The position numbers and the translations under genes were made by a program. The notes below the pieces were generated by a model. That model had not been told where the DNA came from. It saw only the letters and a program-made list of their open reading frames with translations, and did not search any database. A DNA stretch of 64,000 nucleotides, taken from positions 24,180,001-24,244,000 of the forward strand of contig NW_026262745.1 in assembly GCF_021869535.1 (NCBI RefSeq), given 5' to 3'. Below, in pieces: positions 23,020-36,648 of this stretch (position 1 is its first letter; each line of letters opens with the position of its first letter). The stretch is from Mytilus californianus. Taxonomy: Eukaryota.

Positions 23020-23683
23020 ATAGGGTCTTTGCATCGGCACTAAACACATTTATTTAAAAACCAGTTGTTGGCATGACACGGGTTATGTTCTTCTCATATA
23101 TGTTATGATGGTATGATACTAAACCCCTAACGGGAAGGATTGTGCCTGATATTCATACGATGAAGACATAATCTTTCAATCAGTTTAATTGAAGTCTGGA
23201 GCTGGCATGTCAGTTAACTGCTAGTAGTCTGTTGTTATTTATGTATTATTGTCATTTTGTTTATTTTCTTTGGTTACATCTTCTGACATCAGACTCGGAC
23301 TTCTCTTGAACTGAATTTTAATGTGCGTTTTGTTATGCGTTTACTTTTCTACATTGGCTAGAGGTATAGGGGGAGGGTTGAGATCTCATAAACATGTTTA
23401 ACCCCGCCGCATTTTTGCGCCTGTCCCAAGTCAGGAGCCTCTAGCCTTTGTTAGTCTTGTATTATTTTTAATTTTAGATTCTTGTGTACAATTTGGAGTT
23501 TAGTATGGCGTTCATTATCACTGAACTAGTATATATATTTGTTTAGGGGCCAGCTGAAGGACGCCTCCGGGTGCGGGAATTTCTCGCTGCATTGAAGACC
23601 TGTTGGTGACCTTCTGCTGTTGTCTGTTCTATGGTCGGGTTGTTGTCTCTTTGACACATTCCCCATTTCCGTTCTCAATTTTA
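23020..23683 (+). repeat. Apparently full-length ~660-bp high-copy interspersed repeat (Mytilus-type)
   Basis: TTATAGGGTCTTTGCATCGG...AACATGTTTAACCCCGCCGC...CTGTCCCAAGTCAGGAGCC...TTGACACATTCCCCATTTCCGTTCTCAATTTT. Shares its central block with the 12124-12487 family; terminal fragments recur at 42225-42322 (minus) and ~51590-51620. Confidence 0.7.
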
Positions 23684-24499
23684 CTTTTAATCATTATCTT
23701 TCGGAATTGTTTTTATAAGAATTGAGAACAGCAAAAATAATCGTTTAGTTTGTATCTATTTGAATGTCAACAATGACCGTCAAAATTCTAAGTGAAGAAG
23801 ATGAAAGCAGTTTTTAATAGAGTATGACCCACAATACTGTTAATTGATGGAGTGTAATTTCTTTACAAAATTAAAAAAGATATAAAAACTATCTGACATG
23901 AATAAAAGGAGATTTAGGGTGCACATCTCGAGAAAAGCTTGAGAGACAAATAGAGGTAGCAGTTCTCCCATTTTAATTTCAGTAAATAAATCATTATATT
24001 TAAACACACTGGTTAAAAATTCAAAAAAATGATTTACTGATGGAATATTCTTATCCAAAAACTGGTTTTTTTTTCATTTGAATTTCAAATTAATTTGCAA
24101 TGCATTCTATAGAAAGAAAACAATGCAAATACAGAGAGTTGTTCCTCCTTAAACATTTATATCGGAATTCCAAAGTTACAGCGATATCATTACTTGTGGA
24201 CAAAATCAATACAGTATATTTGCGTTTACTTTTTAATCTAGTTGATAGAACAAAATGTTATCGTGAAAACAAATATGCATGTGTTTTGATTTTATGAACC
24301 CATTTAACTAGGTTGTAAGCCATTCATGACATTCATAAAATTGTCTAACAATACATTGTTAAACTTTCTTTTTATTTGCTTTGTGGGCCTTTTCTGGTTG
24401 TTTGACAGATCATGTATTTTAGACAATGAAACTTTATATTGATTTGTCAAGGTATATCTAATTCTATTCAAAAACATTGAAAGTGTTATTAAACATTCA

Positions 24500-24562
24500 T
24501 TTAGTCGATATTTCCGATATTAAGTTTCAGTGGAACTTTAAAGATTCTAACAGAAGGTAAGG
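24500..24562 (+). promoter_or_regulatory. Candidate non-coding first exon/donor of MIEAP-like gene B
   Basis: TTTCCGATATTAAGTTTCAGT (IRF half-site-like on the minus strand), then strong donor AAG|GTAAGG at 24556/24557. Link to gene B is inferred only. Confidence 0.25.
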
Positions 24563-25605
24563 AAACGGTGCCAGGATTTAAACATAATTAAATTCTTTAT
24601 TTTGATACATGAACATGTATTCAAAATATTTCGTTGCATATGTACATGTTATATTTTAGTAGAAAAAATGTATCAATCTAATATTAATCCTTCTAAAGTA
24701 ATTCAAACGAATTTGTATGCCATCGTTAGTGACATTTTAAAGATCTTCTGACTCTACCGGAGCATCTGAGTTCAAACTGGTTTTTAGTGGTGATCGTGTT
24801 GCTCAGTCTTTATAGTTTTCTTTGTAGTATTTTGTGGAATGGTTTTTCTTTTTGTGGTTTTTCTTTTTTTTTTGTGTGTCATGGCTTTATCAGTTTCTCT
24901 TCAACTTATGAATTTTGAATGTCCCATTTGTATCTTCCGCTTCTTTTTAACAATAAAAAATAGACATGCAATTTTTAGAACCACAATGAGAATATAGGAT
25001 GACTATGTAAATTTTTCATGACAGTGAATGTGATAGGTTAAAGTACACAAATTGCAATAAAAGATATGAACTATTAAAACTGATTTTGATAATTATGAAA
25101 AGTATCCTCAATGACACTAAAATACCGTTTTTTACACATATGGCCATATATACAACGTACTTTAACAGTTATGAAATTCTTTAACTTTACAAAGGTTCAT
25201 GATTTTCGCCAGAATTTTAGAATCAAATTTATACAATACGAGAATCATTTATATACCATGAATATACACCCAACCAGATATATCTTTACTCAAACGAGTC
25301 TGAAGTTAGGTTCAACTTCACATGATATTATTCATATTGTATTATTGATAAAAGGGGAGATGATCCGAAGAAGGCAAAGACCTACTCACTAAAAACTGCA
25401 ATACTCTTTTGTTCTGCTGATGGCAAAATTGATGTAATAGCTAGTCAATATCATGATGATCCTGATGCGTGTGAATGTGTTGCATATTTTCAACTCTGAT
25501 CCTTTGGGTATTCGCAGCCATGGTAATTGTCATTATACATTAATAACGATGTTTCACAAAATGACCTACTAACGGAGTCGCTCGAAAATATATTAAAATC
25601 AATGT

Positions 25606-26370
25606 AAAGCCAAAGTCAAAGTCAAAGTCAAAGATTTTATTGATATAAAATCCAAAATCTGGATTGTCATCAACACACAAACAAAGAACAAACATTTATC
25701 ATTACAATCAATTATATGTACATAAAATGGTAGTATATATGTTTAATATATCAAAACAAAACATAAAAAGAAATAGAAAAAGATATATAGAATTTTGCAA
25801 TTTATTATTATTATTTTTTCCCTTCTATCTATTTGACTGAGGAGGTACAGTCTTACATAATAGTAATACAATTTATATAACACATAACGTAAAATAACTC
25901 AAGTTAGTGAACGCCTGAACTTGTACATCACATTAAAATACCTTTTATGCAACATTTACTTACATCATAATCATTTCTTTGAAATATGAGATGGAATTTT
26001 TCAATGTCTAAAAGATTATTGAAAGATGGTAAAAAATCTGAAATATTCTGAAAAAAAATATTCCTCAACTCATTGAGTTTGGTACATTTTATGGTGAAGT
26101 GTAATTCATCTTCAACTTCAAATTTACATAGGGGCATAATCTGTTTTCTAAATCAATCTATGTTTTTAATAATTTATATTCGGGAAGCCTTTTTACAAAT
26201 ACCAATTCATGTCAATGCAAACTTGCAGCTAGCTGTCTTCTTGATATCAATTTTCAAATATGGAAAAAGATGTTATAGGCACACGTTTATTTTTTTTATC
26301 TTTTCTTTTCAAACAGAGGTCATATTGCCATTAATCTAGGCAATACCCTTTTTCGTATATCAGAAAAATA
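25606..26370 (-). mobile_element. Degenerate 3' end of a non-LTR retrotransposon (LINE)
   Basis: Minus-strand C-terminal motif PLCKFEVEDELHFTIKC (CxxC..EDExHF..C type), 3' UTR, AATAAA and a (GACTTT)n tail at 25606-25633. Confidence 0.7.
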
Positions 26371-27688
26371 TAGGATTTCACGGTTGTGTTCCAGTTTTCT
26401 TCAAAACTTCGCCGATCATTACTTAAGTTAACAACCGAATCGCGGCTTTACCCAGATAAGTAGGTTTCTTCCGACCCTTCCCGGAGCACTTTATACCTCA
26501 CCCCTTTTTATTTGGTTTGTGTTTCTAAAACTTGACTTATTTTTCTTTGTTATGTTTTGTGAATTATTGGTGATTTGGGATTATTTTTATGTCCTTCGTT
26601 ATATTCATGGTCCTATTTGTAACTTTTTATTCTTCCTTAATTAATTTAAAGAACATCTTTAAGACATTACTAATTCACCATCGGCATAATTGTTTTAAAT
26701 ATATTTGAGATATACATATTGCAAGTATCTCCTTTCTTATTTCTTTTACGAAGTTTTATTTCTTTATGGTATAACTACATAGCTTTGTACATATACAAAC
26801 TAGTCAAACCTTCCATAATTTAACGGTTACAAGGATCTAATGCCTAATTAATATCAAATATAGCAAACATTTAAGCTACGATTCTTGGGCTTCTTTATTG
26901 TTCATGAATTTCAAAAGTGGGCTTTAATCAATATCCGTATGTATAGTATCTAATCGTGATATTATTGATCGAGTTTTTCTATGTTTCGAAACACGTTCGT
27001 TTGTTTATTTTTATTTTTATTTTTTTTTTATTTTTACTAAACTCTCAAGACAATAACATTTCCTGAAATATTTCATTTATATGCTGCCTTTCCCATCCAA
27101 TTTTACTAGCAATATATTTCAATCGCATGATAAATTGTAAAAAGACCTTATTGGCTTCATATGAAGTTTGAATACTGTTTACTCATGTCCAATGTTTCGT
27201 TCTTTTTAAAAAGATTTTCCTATAGCAGAGTTTCGTCAACTGTTCATGCTAGGGCTGTCATACTTCTTAAGTTTTTTTTAATGTTAGAAAACATATATCT
27301 TATTGGCAACACAATAGAATATCAAGAAAAAATGCGATTATTTATTTTTTAACTGGCTAGGATTTTTTATATAGCAGATCATATTGAGGTGTCGATTTTC
27401 ATTTGGCTGTTACTGACTGCCATTACTTTATATAATTTTGCTACCTAGTTTGTTAGGGGAAAATGATATAATTTCGGAACATTACAATACAATTCGATAT
27501 ACCCTTTCTCATTCTCCACCAACGATTTTGTTTTAATCATTAAAGTTTTGTTCCTAGATTTTCCTTAGGAGTTATGGGTTTTCATTGTCGCATATGATTG
27601 CTAACCGATTAGCAAAATCCTCCCTATATTTTGTTCTTATTTTACAGGTAATCTGTTTTATCTATTTGTAGATCATTGAAAGTTTATA

Positions 27689-30600
27689 ATGTCAGTAATA
27701 CAACCGGTTGGTCGGGGTGATTATTTCATCCCCCGAGAGTACAGAAGACGGCCAAATATCGAGGTGATTCTTCAAGACATGGAGTCCTATATCAACAAGC
27801 GGACATTAGACGTGGCGGACCGAGAATATGTCACACTTATGGATAATGAATACCACCTCCTCAAGAAGTATCGAGACAAGGTTAAATGGCTATCTTATAT
27901 TTATATGTAGCACATTATGAATTTAATTAATTAAAGTTGTTAATATAATTGTAATCTGATAATATTTGATATTGTTTTATATAATTTGATATGTTGTGAA
28001 ATAAAATCTTGTAAAGAGGTAAGACAATAATAGTTTCTTTTACGGAAAATAATGATTTTCAATATATAAAGCGAAAATTAGTAACCAAAAGACACTTGTA
28101 AAAGCATAAAGCGATAAACTTATATTAACGTTAAGCGTCTATCAACGTAAATTATAATGTTGAAGTAGTAAGCTTCTCTGATCCAAATATCTTAACCTAA
28201 ACAACTTTCGAATTTACCTATTTTTAAAATTCTCACATTATCCAGAGATTGAATCTATCCTATACATAATCTAATTCTAAATTAAATGATGTATAAATGC
28301 TTTAATACTGCATACTTCTTATCCAAAAGTAAACCTGTTAAAATGATTAATACTCGAGCTTGTCATTTAAGCGTATGTATGTGAAAGAGAGGAAGGGAAC
28401 ACTTGTTTCATACGTGCATCATTGTCGAACGAAGTTTGACTTATATATGGTAAAAGTAAAGCAAATTTAATTGTCATCGATATGAAAAAGAAAGTATTTA
28501 TACTTGTCCACTGAATTTAAGATAGAAGCATGGATAAGTAGGACAAAACTTTGCACGAGTAATACAAAGGAACGTACGGTGGTCATGACATATAGTTGTT
28601 AACTTCTATGTCATTTGGTCTCTGATGGAGAGTTGTCTCATTGGCGATCATACCACATTTCTTGTCTTTAATAAATCTTGTTATTTTTAGTATAATGCAT
28701 ACGTACAAAACATTCAAAGAATAGATAAGCAGATAGCAGCTGATTCTGACTTTTTGACTGCCAGTAACCTGTATGTAGTTCTAAAGAAAGCTTGTGATAA
28801 CTGGCGACCTAAAGGGAAAACAGCCATGGAAGAATTTAGAGAACTTCAGAACTTTACAAAGCTTTATAGTGACTTAGAACGTTCATATGTGAGTGTTTTA
28901 CAAATAAAAATGATTATAACTTATAGGATCAAGCAAAAGACTGAAAAAAGAGGTTACCAGTTGTACCTGGTAATGTATGGGCTAGGAGTGTGGTGTATTT
29001 TAGCCACACTACACATTTAGCATACTAACCTAAGATGTTGAACCAATTTTGTGTTGAAGAAAAGCCCATAGGAATCAAATTAACGTTTTTAGACGTATTC
29101 TGTAAACGTTAAATGACCACTTATGTATGAATGGTTGAATATTGATTGGACTCTCTACAATATATTTACAGATGTGTTGAATTGGCTTGTCATTGCCATC
29201 CCACGGGCACTAGTCCAATAGTGTCAATTTTACTTGTGCTTCCTAATGCCATGCCGTATGCTGACTATTTGATCTTGTTTCAAAATTGTGAATTACAAAT
29301 TTTCTCTTTCACATGGCAATGATCGAATCTATAATTGCATAATGTACCTATAATACTTCATCATTAGATTATACATTTTAGATTGCAGTGGTCATCTTAG
29401 CTATATAATGTTTGAAAACTTTTTTGAAATATTCCAAATGATATTAGATTTACTCAGCCATTTTAGTTATATTATATCTATCAGTTGATGAAAATATGGT
29501 GTCAATTATACCATAGAGACTGTTATTGTTTTCTATAGTCATCTGATTTGTAAATTTTGATTGAGTGAGGATTCGCATGGCGGGTGAAACATGCATAGCA
29601 GGAGACGCTTACCCTGTCGACGCACCTACTTTTGCCACTTTTGGAGTTCATGCGATTTTGTGTTTGCCATGATGTGTATCTTATAAATGGATTTAGGAGA
29701 TTTGAATATCGGTGAAGAATTGTTGACTTTATTGTAAGAATGGTTCAAAGTGGCACGACTTCTTAAATTTAATTAATCATCTGAGAGATGCAAACGTTGT
29801 ATTGATACATTTCATAGTAATACTACACATGTTTACTTTTTATTTCACCAAATACTGCAGGGTAAAGATGGTGGTACCTACAAAGCTATTCCTAACGTCC
29901 ATACCTCCATACCGGGGCTGCAACCCAAAGATGAATATAGTCCTCGTAGTCAGAGTTATGAATCTCCAAGATCTGATTCTAAGGCTCTATCCATCTCTTA
30001 TGTTCCAATAGAAGCCTATGAAAAATTAGAAAGGAAATTGGGTAAACAAGAAGAAGTTATTGCAAGAAAAGGAGCAGAAATAAATGAACTTAGAAGCAGG
30101 TAATAAAGTGATTTTCTTCATTCATTATTCATAGTAAAGATAACAATCATATATATGCAATGATAATATGCTAATGTGGTTTTGAACGAAAAAATAACGA
30201 GCGGTTTTAGTATCTATTCTAGACAAAATATTGGAAAAGAAAGTAAAAATAATTAATATATTCAACTTTAGCTCATTTCAAACCAATTAAAAATTACATG
30301 ACTGTGTCAATACAATATATTGATATTGCTAAGAAGTAATATTAACAACGTCTTCTTGTCTATTTACCATATAAAAGGATTGGCAGCATATCCGCTAGGG
30401 ATTCTTTTCCTGAACATCTTAGTCCTACAAAAATAGCTGATAAATTTAAGAATCTGTATGAAGTAGAATGGTACGCTGCTGTGGGATTGATTGGCACCAA
30501 ACAAGGACAACGGAAGCATCAAACATCAGAGGAGGAGGACTATGCAATATATAAACTACTTCGAATAATCAGAGTAGGTGCAAAAAAGAATTTTTATCAA

Positions 30601-33466
30601 GTTAGCTTATTGTCGTATAAACGTTTATGACTTGTAGGATCTGAAAATATATATAAAAAATACATTTACTAACACTGTTCATGATGCTCTAGCTTTATAC
30701 ACCAAAAGAAAAGTCTATAATTATTCTTAAGTCATTACTTCGGTACGGACTTGCATGAATAAAGGACGCCCGCAAACATATTTAACCCCGCCACATTCTG
30801 TATGTGCCTGTCCCAAGTCATGAGCCTGTAATTCAGTGGTTGTATATCATATTTGTTTTTCGTTCATTGTTTTGTACATAAATCAGGCCGTTAGTTTTCT
30901 CGTTTGAATTGTTTTACATTTGTCATTTCGGGGCCTTTTATAGGTGACTATGCGGTATGGGTTTTGCTCAATGTTCAAGGCCGTACGGTGACCTATACTA
31001 AATAGTTGTTAACTTCTATGTCATTTGGTCTCTGGTGGAGAGTTGGCAAGCATACCACATCTTCTTTTTAAATTTCCCCGTTTTTTTAAACGTAGTTTTA
31101 AACTTCCTACGGTAAAATTGACCCTAGATCAATTTAGCTATTATTTAGGTCCTTTTTTACGTATTTTACATCCCTGATTTCAAATATTTAAGTTTGAGCG
31201 TTTCGGATGAAGTTTATTCCAGAAAAGCGCTTCTGACGCACGGAATATATAAAAATATTACAGAATATAGAGCGGCTTTGAAATGTATTCTGTTTGTAGA
31301 AAGTATAGTGTGTGTACTTTTCCGGAATCATTGTTGTTAATTGAATGAGTAATCTTAAAGAAGGTTAAAATACATATAAAAATGTCATATAACCTGATTA
31401 TGCAAAAAATTAAATTGAGCCCTCGTTACTATAAAAATTTAAAAAAATAAATGAATGCAATGATAAGATGTAGAATTAAATGCACTCAAACAAGAAAACA
31501 CATAATTATTCAACCCACATTTCCTAATAATACAAATTACAGTTCTTGTAAATCAGTTTTAAAAAGTGTAAAATTATCATTCTGTAAATTGTCAAATTAA
31601 ATTGAATTAAAATGAAATAGCAAATGTATTAATTACACGTATTGTGAAGTATAGGTACCATCAAATGTGATACAAGTATATAATATACCGACTATCGTTA
31701 TACTAAATTAGTACATATTTTATGCTCATGATTTTATAATAGCTATCCCTATTTCTACAGTATGGCTACACTTGGTGTAAAAAGCTGGCCGCAGAGCAGT
31801 TAGATGAACTTTCTGAGGCCATGTCACAACCTGTAGCAGATCCTGGTGTAAAACCTGCTTCTCGATTGGTAAGATGGTAAAAAGATTTACTTGAGACAGT
31901 TGTTTGAACTACTTGATGTTTTTACCACCACTCCCTTGTATTTCAGCGGTTTAACTTTTAAAAAGAAAAATTTAATGTATCTGCAAAATAGAGGTATCAT
32001 TATGAAGTATTTAGTGTTTAAATGGTTGATCATTATAATATTTTGTTTTCTATATCTTGATTGAGACATGAGGCGCCATTGGTTTTATTATAAAAAGTAG
32101 AAAAGACAACTAATAATATATGTATTTACTGTACAAACTTAAAGAATGTATGATCTTTCAAATATATGTGGGTCTGACGCAATAGTCAGTTAGGCTACAA
32201 AAAACATTAGTTTTCAATTGGTTTAATTTCAGTTTTTAGTGACTCCTTCTGGTTCAAAATGAAATCTATTAATCTTCTCTGTCGTAAATGATCAGTAAAG
32301 GAAATGTTTGATTTGATTAAAAAACAACAGATTTATGTATAAAAATAAACTGATAAAGTGGTTATGCAAGAATGCAAAAAGTCGTTATATCATTAGAACT
32401 TTCATGCATTGAACTTATTTTGAAAGTGCAAGAAATGTGTACATTGTTATGATATTGCAGAGTAACACAGTAGCAAAAACACCACGAACAGGGAGACTGT
32501 CGTCCAATCTAGTTTTACAACAAGCCAGAGATTTTAGGAAGCAGATGGCTACCTCATCAGTTGATGCTGTGGTAGATGTATGTTAAATAACTAATAACAA
32601 TTTGAATCTTGATGAAAACTTATTGTTTGTAAAACTGTTGACTTGTTTACAACATTTCAAATATAAATAAGAAGATGTGGTATGAGTGCCAATGAGACAA
32701 CTCTCCATCCAAGTCACAATGTATAAAAATTTAACAATTATAGGTCAAAGTACGGCCTTCAACACGGAGCCTTGGCTCACACCGAACAGCAAGCTATAAA
32801 GGGCCCCAAAATGACTAGTGTAAAACAATTCAAACAGGAAAACCAACGGTCTAATTATTTTACTACGTGAGTGTTCTGTTATATGGATATATCTCGAAAA
32901 TTAAAAATAATTTGGGCAAAGAAGACTTTTCCTCTCAGAAATTATGGAAACTCGACCGTAACATATCCTGAACTTTTTTTAAACTAATTAATGGAACCTA
33001 ACGCTGAACGAGGAAAATTGTTACCTGTTTTTGTTGCTTTTATTGTAATTCTTTCCTTTTTCTTTACTATCAAACCAATAACTTATATCTCGCACTTGTT
33101 AATTGTATTATTATATCAATAATTACACTAACTTTTTTTAAACAGATACGTTAAAGTAGATTTATTTTATTGCAGCGGTTTAAAGTTGAAGTGATAAAGG
33201 ACGAGCTTGGTATGGATACCCAGCGATTGTCACCTTCAGTCATTAAGTTTATCCACAAAGCAGCCGAGTTATTGTGGTACATGTGTATTCTTGATCCTCC
33301 AATGTACATTGCCTGGCCTGAATATAACGAAACATTTGATACAACAAAATATATATTTTATAAACAGAAAGATAAAGGACGGAAAGTTAAGGTACCCGTC
33401 TGGCCAGCTCTTTACCTGCAAGAAAAGGGACAGCTTATAACAAAAGGTTTTGCAAAAGGATACTAA
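27689..33466 (+). CDS. MIEAP-domain (mitochondria-eating protein/SPATA18-like) protein B, 446 aa, 7 coding exons
   Basis: join(27689-27880, 28691-28888, 29861-30099, 30378-30573, 31761-31868, 32461-32577, 33176-33466) = 1341 nt, GT-AG, open frame. Coiled coil YEKLERKLGKQEEVIARKGAEINELRS-R, then SPTKIADKFKNLYEVEWYAA, and C-terminal FIHKAAELLWYMCILDPP...NETFD...VWPALYLQEKGQLITKG. Confidence 0.9.
31195..31240 (+). ncRNA. Degenerate hammerhead-ribozyme-like motif at the end of a dispersed repeat
   Basis: GAGCGTTT CGGATGA AGTTTATTCCA GAAA AGCGCT TC TGACGC: HHR layout with palindromic AAGCGCTT helix III and GCGT/ACGC helix I, but core CUGAUGA reads CGGAUGA and helix II is poor. Confidence 0.4.
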
Positions 33467-34930
33467 ATGTTATCATATATATTTGTTTAATAAGATTAAG
33501 GCGACTGTTTATATATATGTCGTGTTGATTTTGACTAAATTACCATGTTATTGCTTTTTATGGTTGGCATCAATTACCATTTTACTGGTTAACATTACAA
33601 TTCTATAAAGTTACTCTGCAAGATTATAGCTGTCATTTCCGCAATTCTTTCGCTTCTAAGTAAAAAAACTGCGGTAAAGCAATGCATTGTCCGCCCGACA
33701 TGTTTTACTGTATTTTGTTACCATTCAGTTGCTTTCTTGAATGAAAATGTAAGGTTGAAGGGATATCAAAATATATAGCAAATGCGGCAAATAACTTGGA
33801 TAAGAAATACGTGTCATTATGGTGAAATTATGTTATTTCAGATGTTATGGTTTTATTTAGATAAATAATCAAATAAAATATTATATCGATAGTGAAATTT
33901 GTTCTGTTTTTTTCATGCATTTTGTTGATCCTAATATAACATACATCTCTTATAATGCATTTTGTAATGAGGTAGAACACTAAAACAAGCACGAATACGA
34001 GTCATGCATATCCCTATATTTTTCACAAACTCAAAACTCCACACTTAAATGTTCTAAATCGAACTTAAAGAATATAACATATTATAAATGAAACAAAACT
34101 CAATTCTCCACCAACAAGGCATTCATATACTCATCAAAGATACAGTATGTGTCATAGTTTGCCATCCATCGAAGAACTTATCCAAACTATTTAGACTCGC
34201 AGCCTTCGATTAAACTAGATTTGTCGGTAGACACGTATGCTCCACCTAGCTGTATCCCAATGTTTTGAATTTACAATTCTGGAATTGCATATGAAAGCTT
34301 TAAGGTGACGAGTACCAGGGACATACACTGACAACACTGCGCTCATGAGTTTATATTCTAATTCATTAATTCAGACCAACATAAATTTACTAAATAAACT
34401 CAATACTTTTATGTCGGATCAGCTCGCAGGACAATGTGCAGCTTTCGAAAAATAAGGAAAAGGCGAAAAGCACAGCATTCAATTCCAATTTTATAAGAAC
34501 CGGATAGTCGATCCTCCAAGGACTCTAACATAACCATCCTTTGCTATGTTACTTTTCAATCGACCATATTTTTGTTCAGTACATCAGCCGTTGCAGCAGC
34601 CGATGCCCCTTCTGAATGGAGACAGTGTTGGGAAATGGTGGGAAAAAGATGAAAAAGTGCAACATTATAATAGAAACTTGATATATATCTGAAATTAAGG
34701 ACTTCCCGATGTTTCAACCAAAGCGAAATGTACGTTACTGTAATGACAACATACAGAAACGCATTTTCTTGTAAATTTCAGAATGAAATATAGCTACTAA
34801 AAGTTAAAATTTACTTTCCAGTTGAAAGTGATGAGAGTATATTATAGACAATTCAATGAAACAACATGTAAACTTTAATAAACTGAAATAAGTAACGAAC
34901 ATTTCAAAATTTCATAATCTTCTGCTCACG

Positions 34931-35965
34931 TCAATTGTTATTACTGTAAAGTTCCTCAATTTTTGCTACATCATCGGGGTTTACTTTAAGCATTCTTTTC
35001 GATTTCCCGGAGGGTTGTGGTTTTGAAATCTTGCACAAAATTTCCTTACGGTCAACCCAAATAACATCGGACCTACTTAGCCACTGATACATTGCTTTCT
35101 TCTGTTCTAGAAAAGAGATTTCAATGGTGTTAATATATCTTCATTTTTTTATTTGACCGATGTACCATTTATTTAAGTAGATAGCAGCCACGTAATCTGC
35201 ACTGCTATATTCCACGTCTGGATAAGTTTCCCTGGGTTCATCTGAAGCCTCTGCTGTTTCATCCGTTTGAGTTCCAGTCTTCAAAACTCTTTCCAGCTGC
35301 CAATTTTCACATGTAAATTCATCTGACAAACAAGTTACGCAATAACAACTTGTATTACGAACAGCAACTACAGCATTGCCCTTTTCTGCTACAGCGTGTA
35401 ATTTCATCGTACCTGGTATTGGACGAAGCTTTTGTTTGGAAATAAGTTTGCTTTTATTTTCACATTGGTCTTTAGGCAAGAAAATGAACTTGATGCTCTT
35501 TAAACTACACGATTGTGATTGTGTCCATGCGTAGAAATCATGTGGATCTTGTATTGCGACTTTCCCCGTACGCACCGCTTCGTCTGCCATTCGTTACTAG
35601 TGCCTCCAATCCCATCGCATGGGCCTTTCCCAAGACCGGCCTCCCAATAGTTCCACTTGGCCCTTATGCCGTAATCGAGACTGTGATTAGCAATAGCATT
35701 AAATATTGCTTTATTGTGATATTGAGATGTCGGACTATCCGTCCAGTAATGGATACATTCTACAGTTGGAAGTAGCTGTTTTATTTCTGGTATAATTTGG
35801 TCGATGATGGATAGTACAGTTGCTGAATTGTGACCCATCTCATCTGAGATTACTACTATACTTTTGTGGAGCAGCTCATCCCCGTCAACCTTGTAGTAAA
35901 CTACAACGGGATGTATTGTCACGCTAGTCTGATTCCAAAGCGAGTGTTTAGGGAACGTCAACTCA
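34931..35965 (-). pseudogene. Broken DDD transposase (probably Sola2-type) of a DNA transposon
   Basis: VTIHPVVVYY...ISDEMGHN...IHYWTDSPTSQYHNK...WNYWEAGLGKGPCDGIGGT, a 1-bp deletion near 35594 (AGTAACGA for AGTAAACGA), then MADEAVR...PIPGTMKLHAV...CYCVTC and a C-terminal YVAAIYLNKWYIGQI domain. In-frame TGA at 35141-35143; 5'-truncated. Superfamily assignment is from recalled motif patterns. Confidence 0.75.
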
Positions 35966-36648
35966 AATAATACTCTGGTAATCTAGCTTTCAATGTGCAA
36001 GAATTGTCCGAAGAATTAGTACCCGGTATTATACTACCAACTCAAACAATATTTGAAAAACGATTGGCCAATAGGTTGCTGATACCCATTTCGGCACAAT
36101 CAAGTACCATCAACATTACAAGCAATTATATAATGTTTGATTGCTCTTAAGACTAAATACAACGGTCGTATAATCTTATTGTTTTCACATAAAAGGACTG
36201 AGTAAAACAGTCTACAGCTTATATTCTAGAATAAATAATAATTATCTAATTTTATATTAAAGGGGCATTTGCTAAGATTTAGACAAACATTTTAAACGAG
36301 ATTTTGTGTTTTTGTTTCAAACATTTGTAAAAGTGGAATTTTGAAATAATTTTTCGCTATAGGCAGTCAATTTGGTTCAATTTTGTCAAAATAGGTTTAA
36401 AAATATCGCTTATGTATCATCAAATTTGGCTTGCAAGTTAATAATTCATCCTTATTTGAATCCGTATTCATGCGATCTTCAATTTATTCCTTAGCAAGAG
36501 ATGGGTAACGCATGATTGTGCTAAGCAATTTCAGTTATGAAATTAAGAACACTGTCAACATTGAAAAGTGAAACAAGGGAGCCCCTGGAAAGAACCATTT
36601 CGTTGACTGATAAGACCAACAAGAAAATTCATTCTTATACAGGTTAAA

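Noticed and set aside
2440-33466. Horizontally acquired bacterial dnaK-grpE operon
   Set aside because: All genes are multi-exon, kilobases apart and belong to animal families. Any GrpE relationship would be remote and ancient.
34100-34700. Possible exon-like segments downstream of gene B
   Set aside because: Short frames with stops, no recognisable motif and no consistent splice chain.
35515-35775. Plus-strand 86-aa ORF
   Set aside because: Antisense shadow of the transposase relic.
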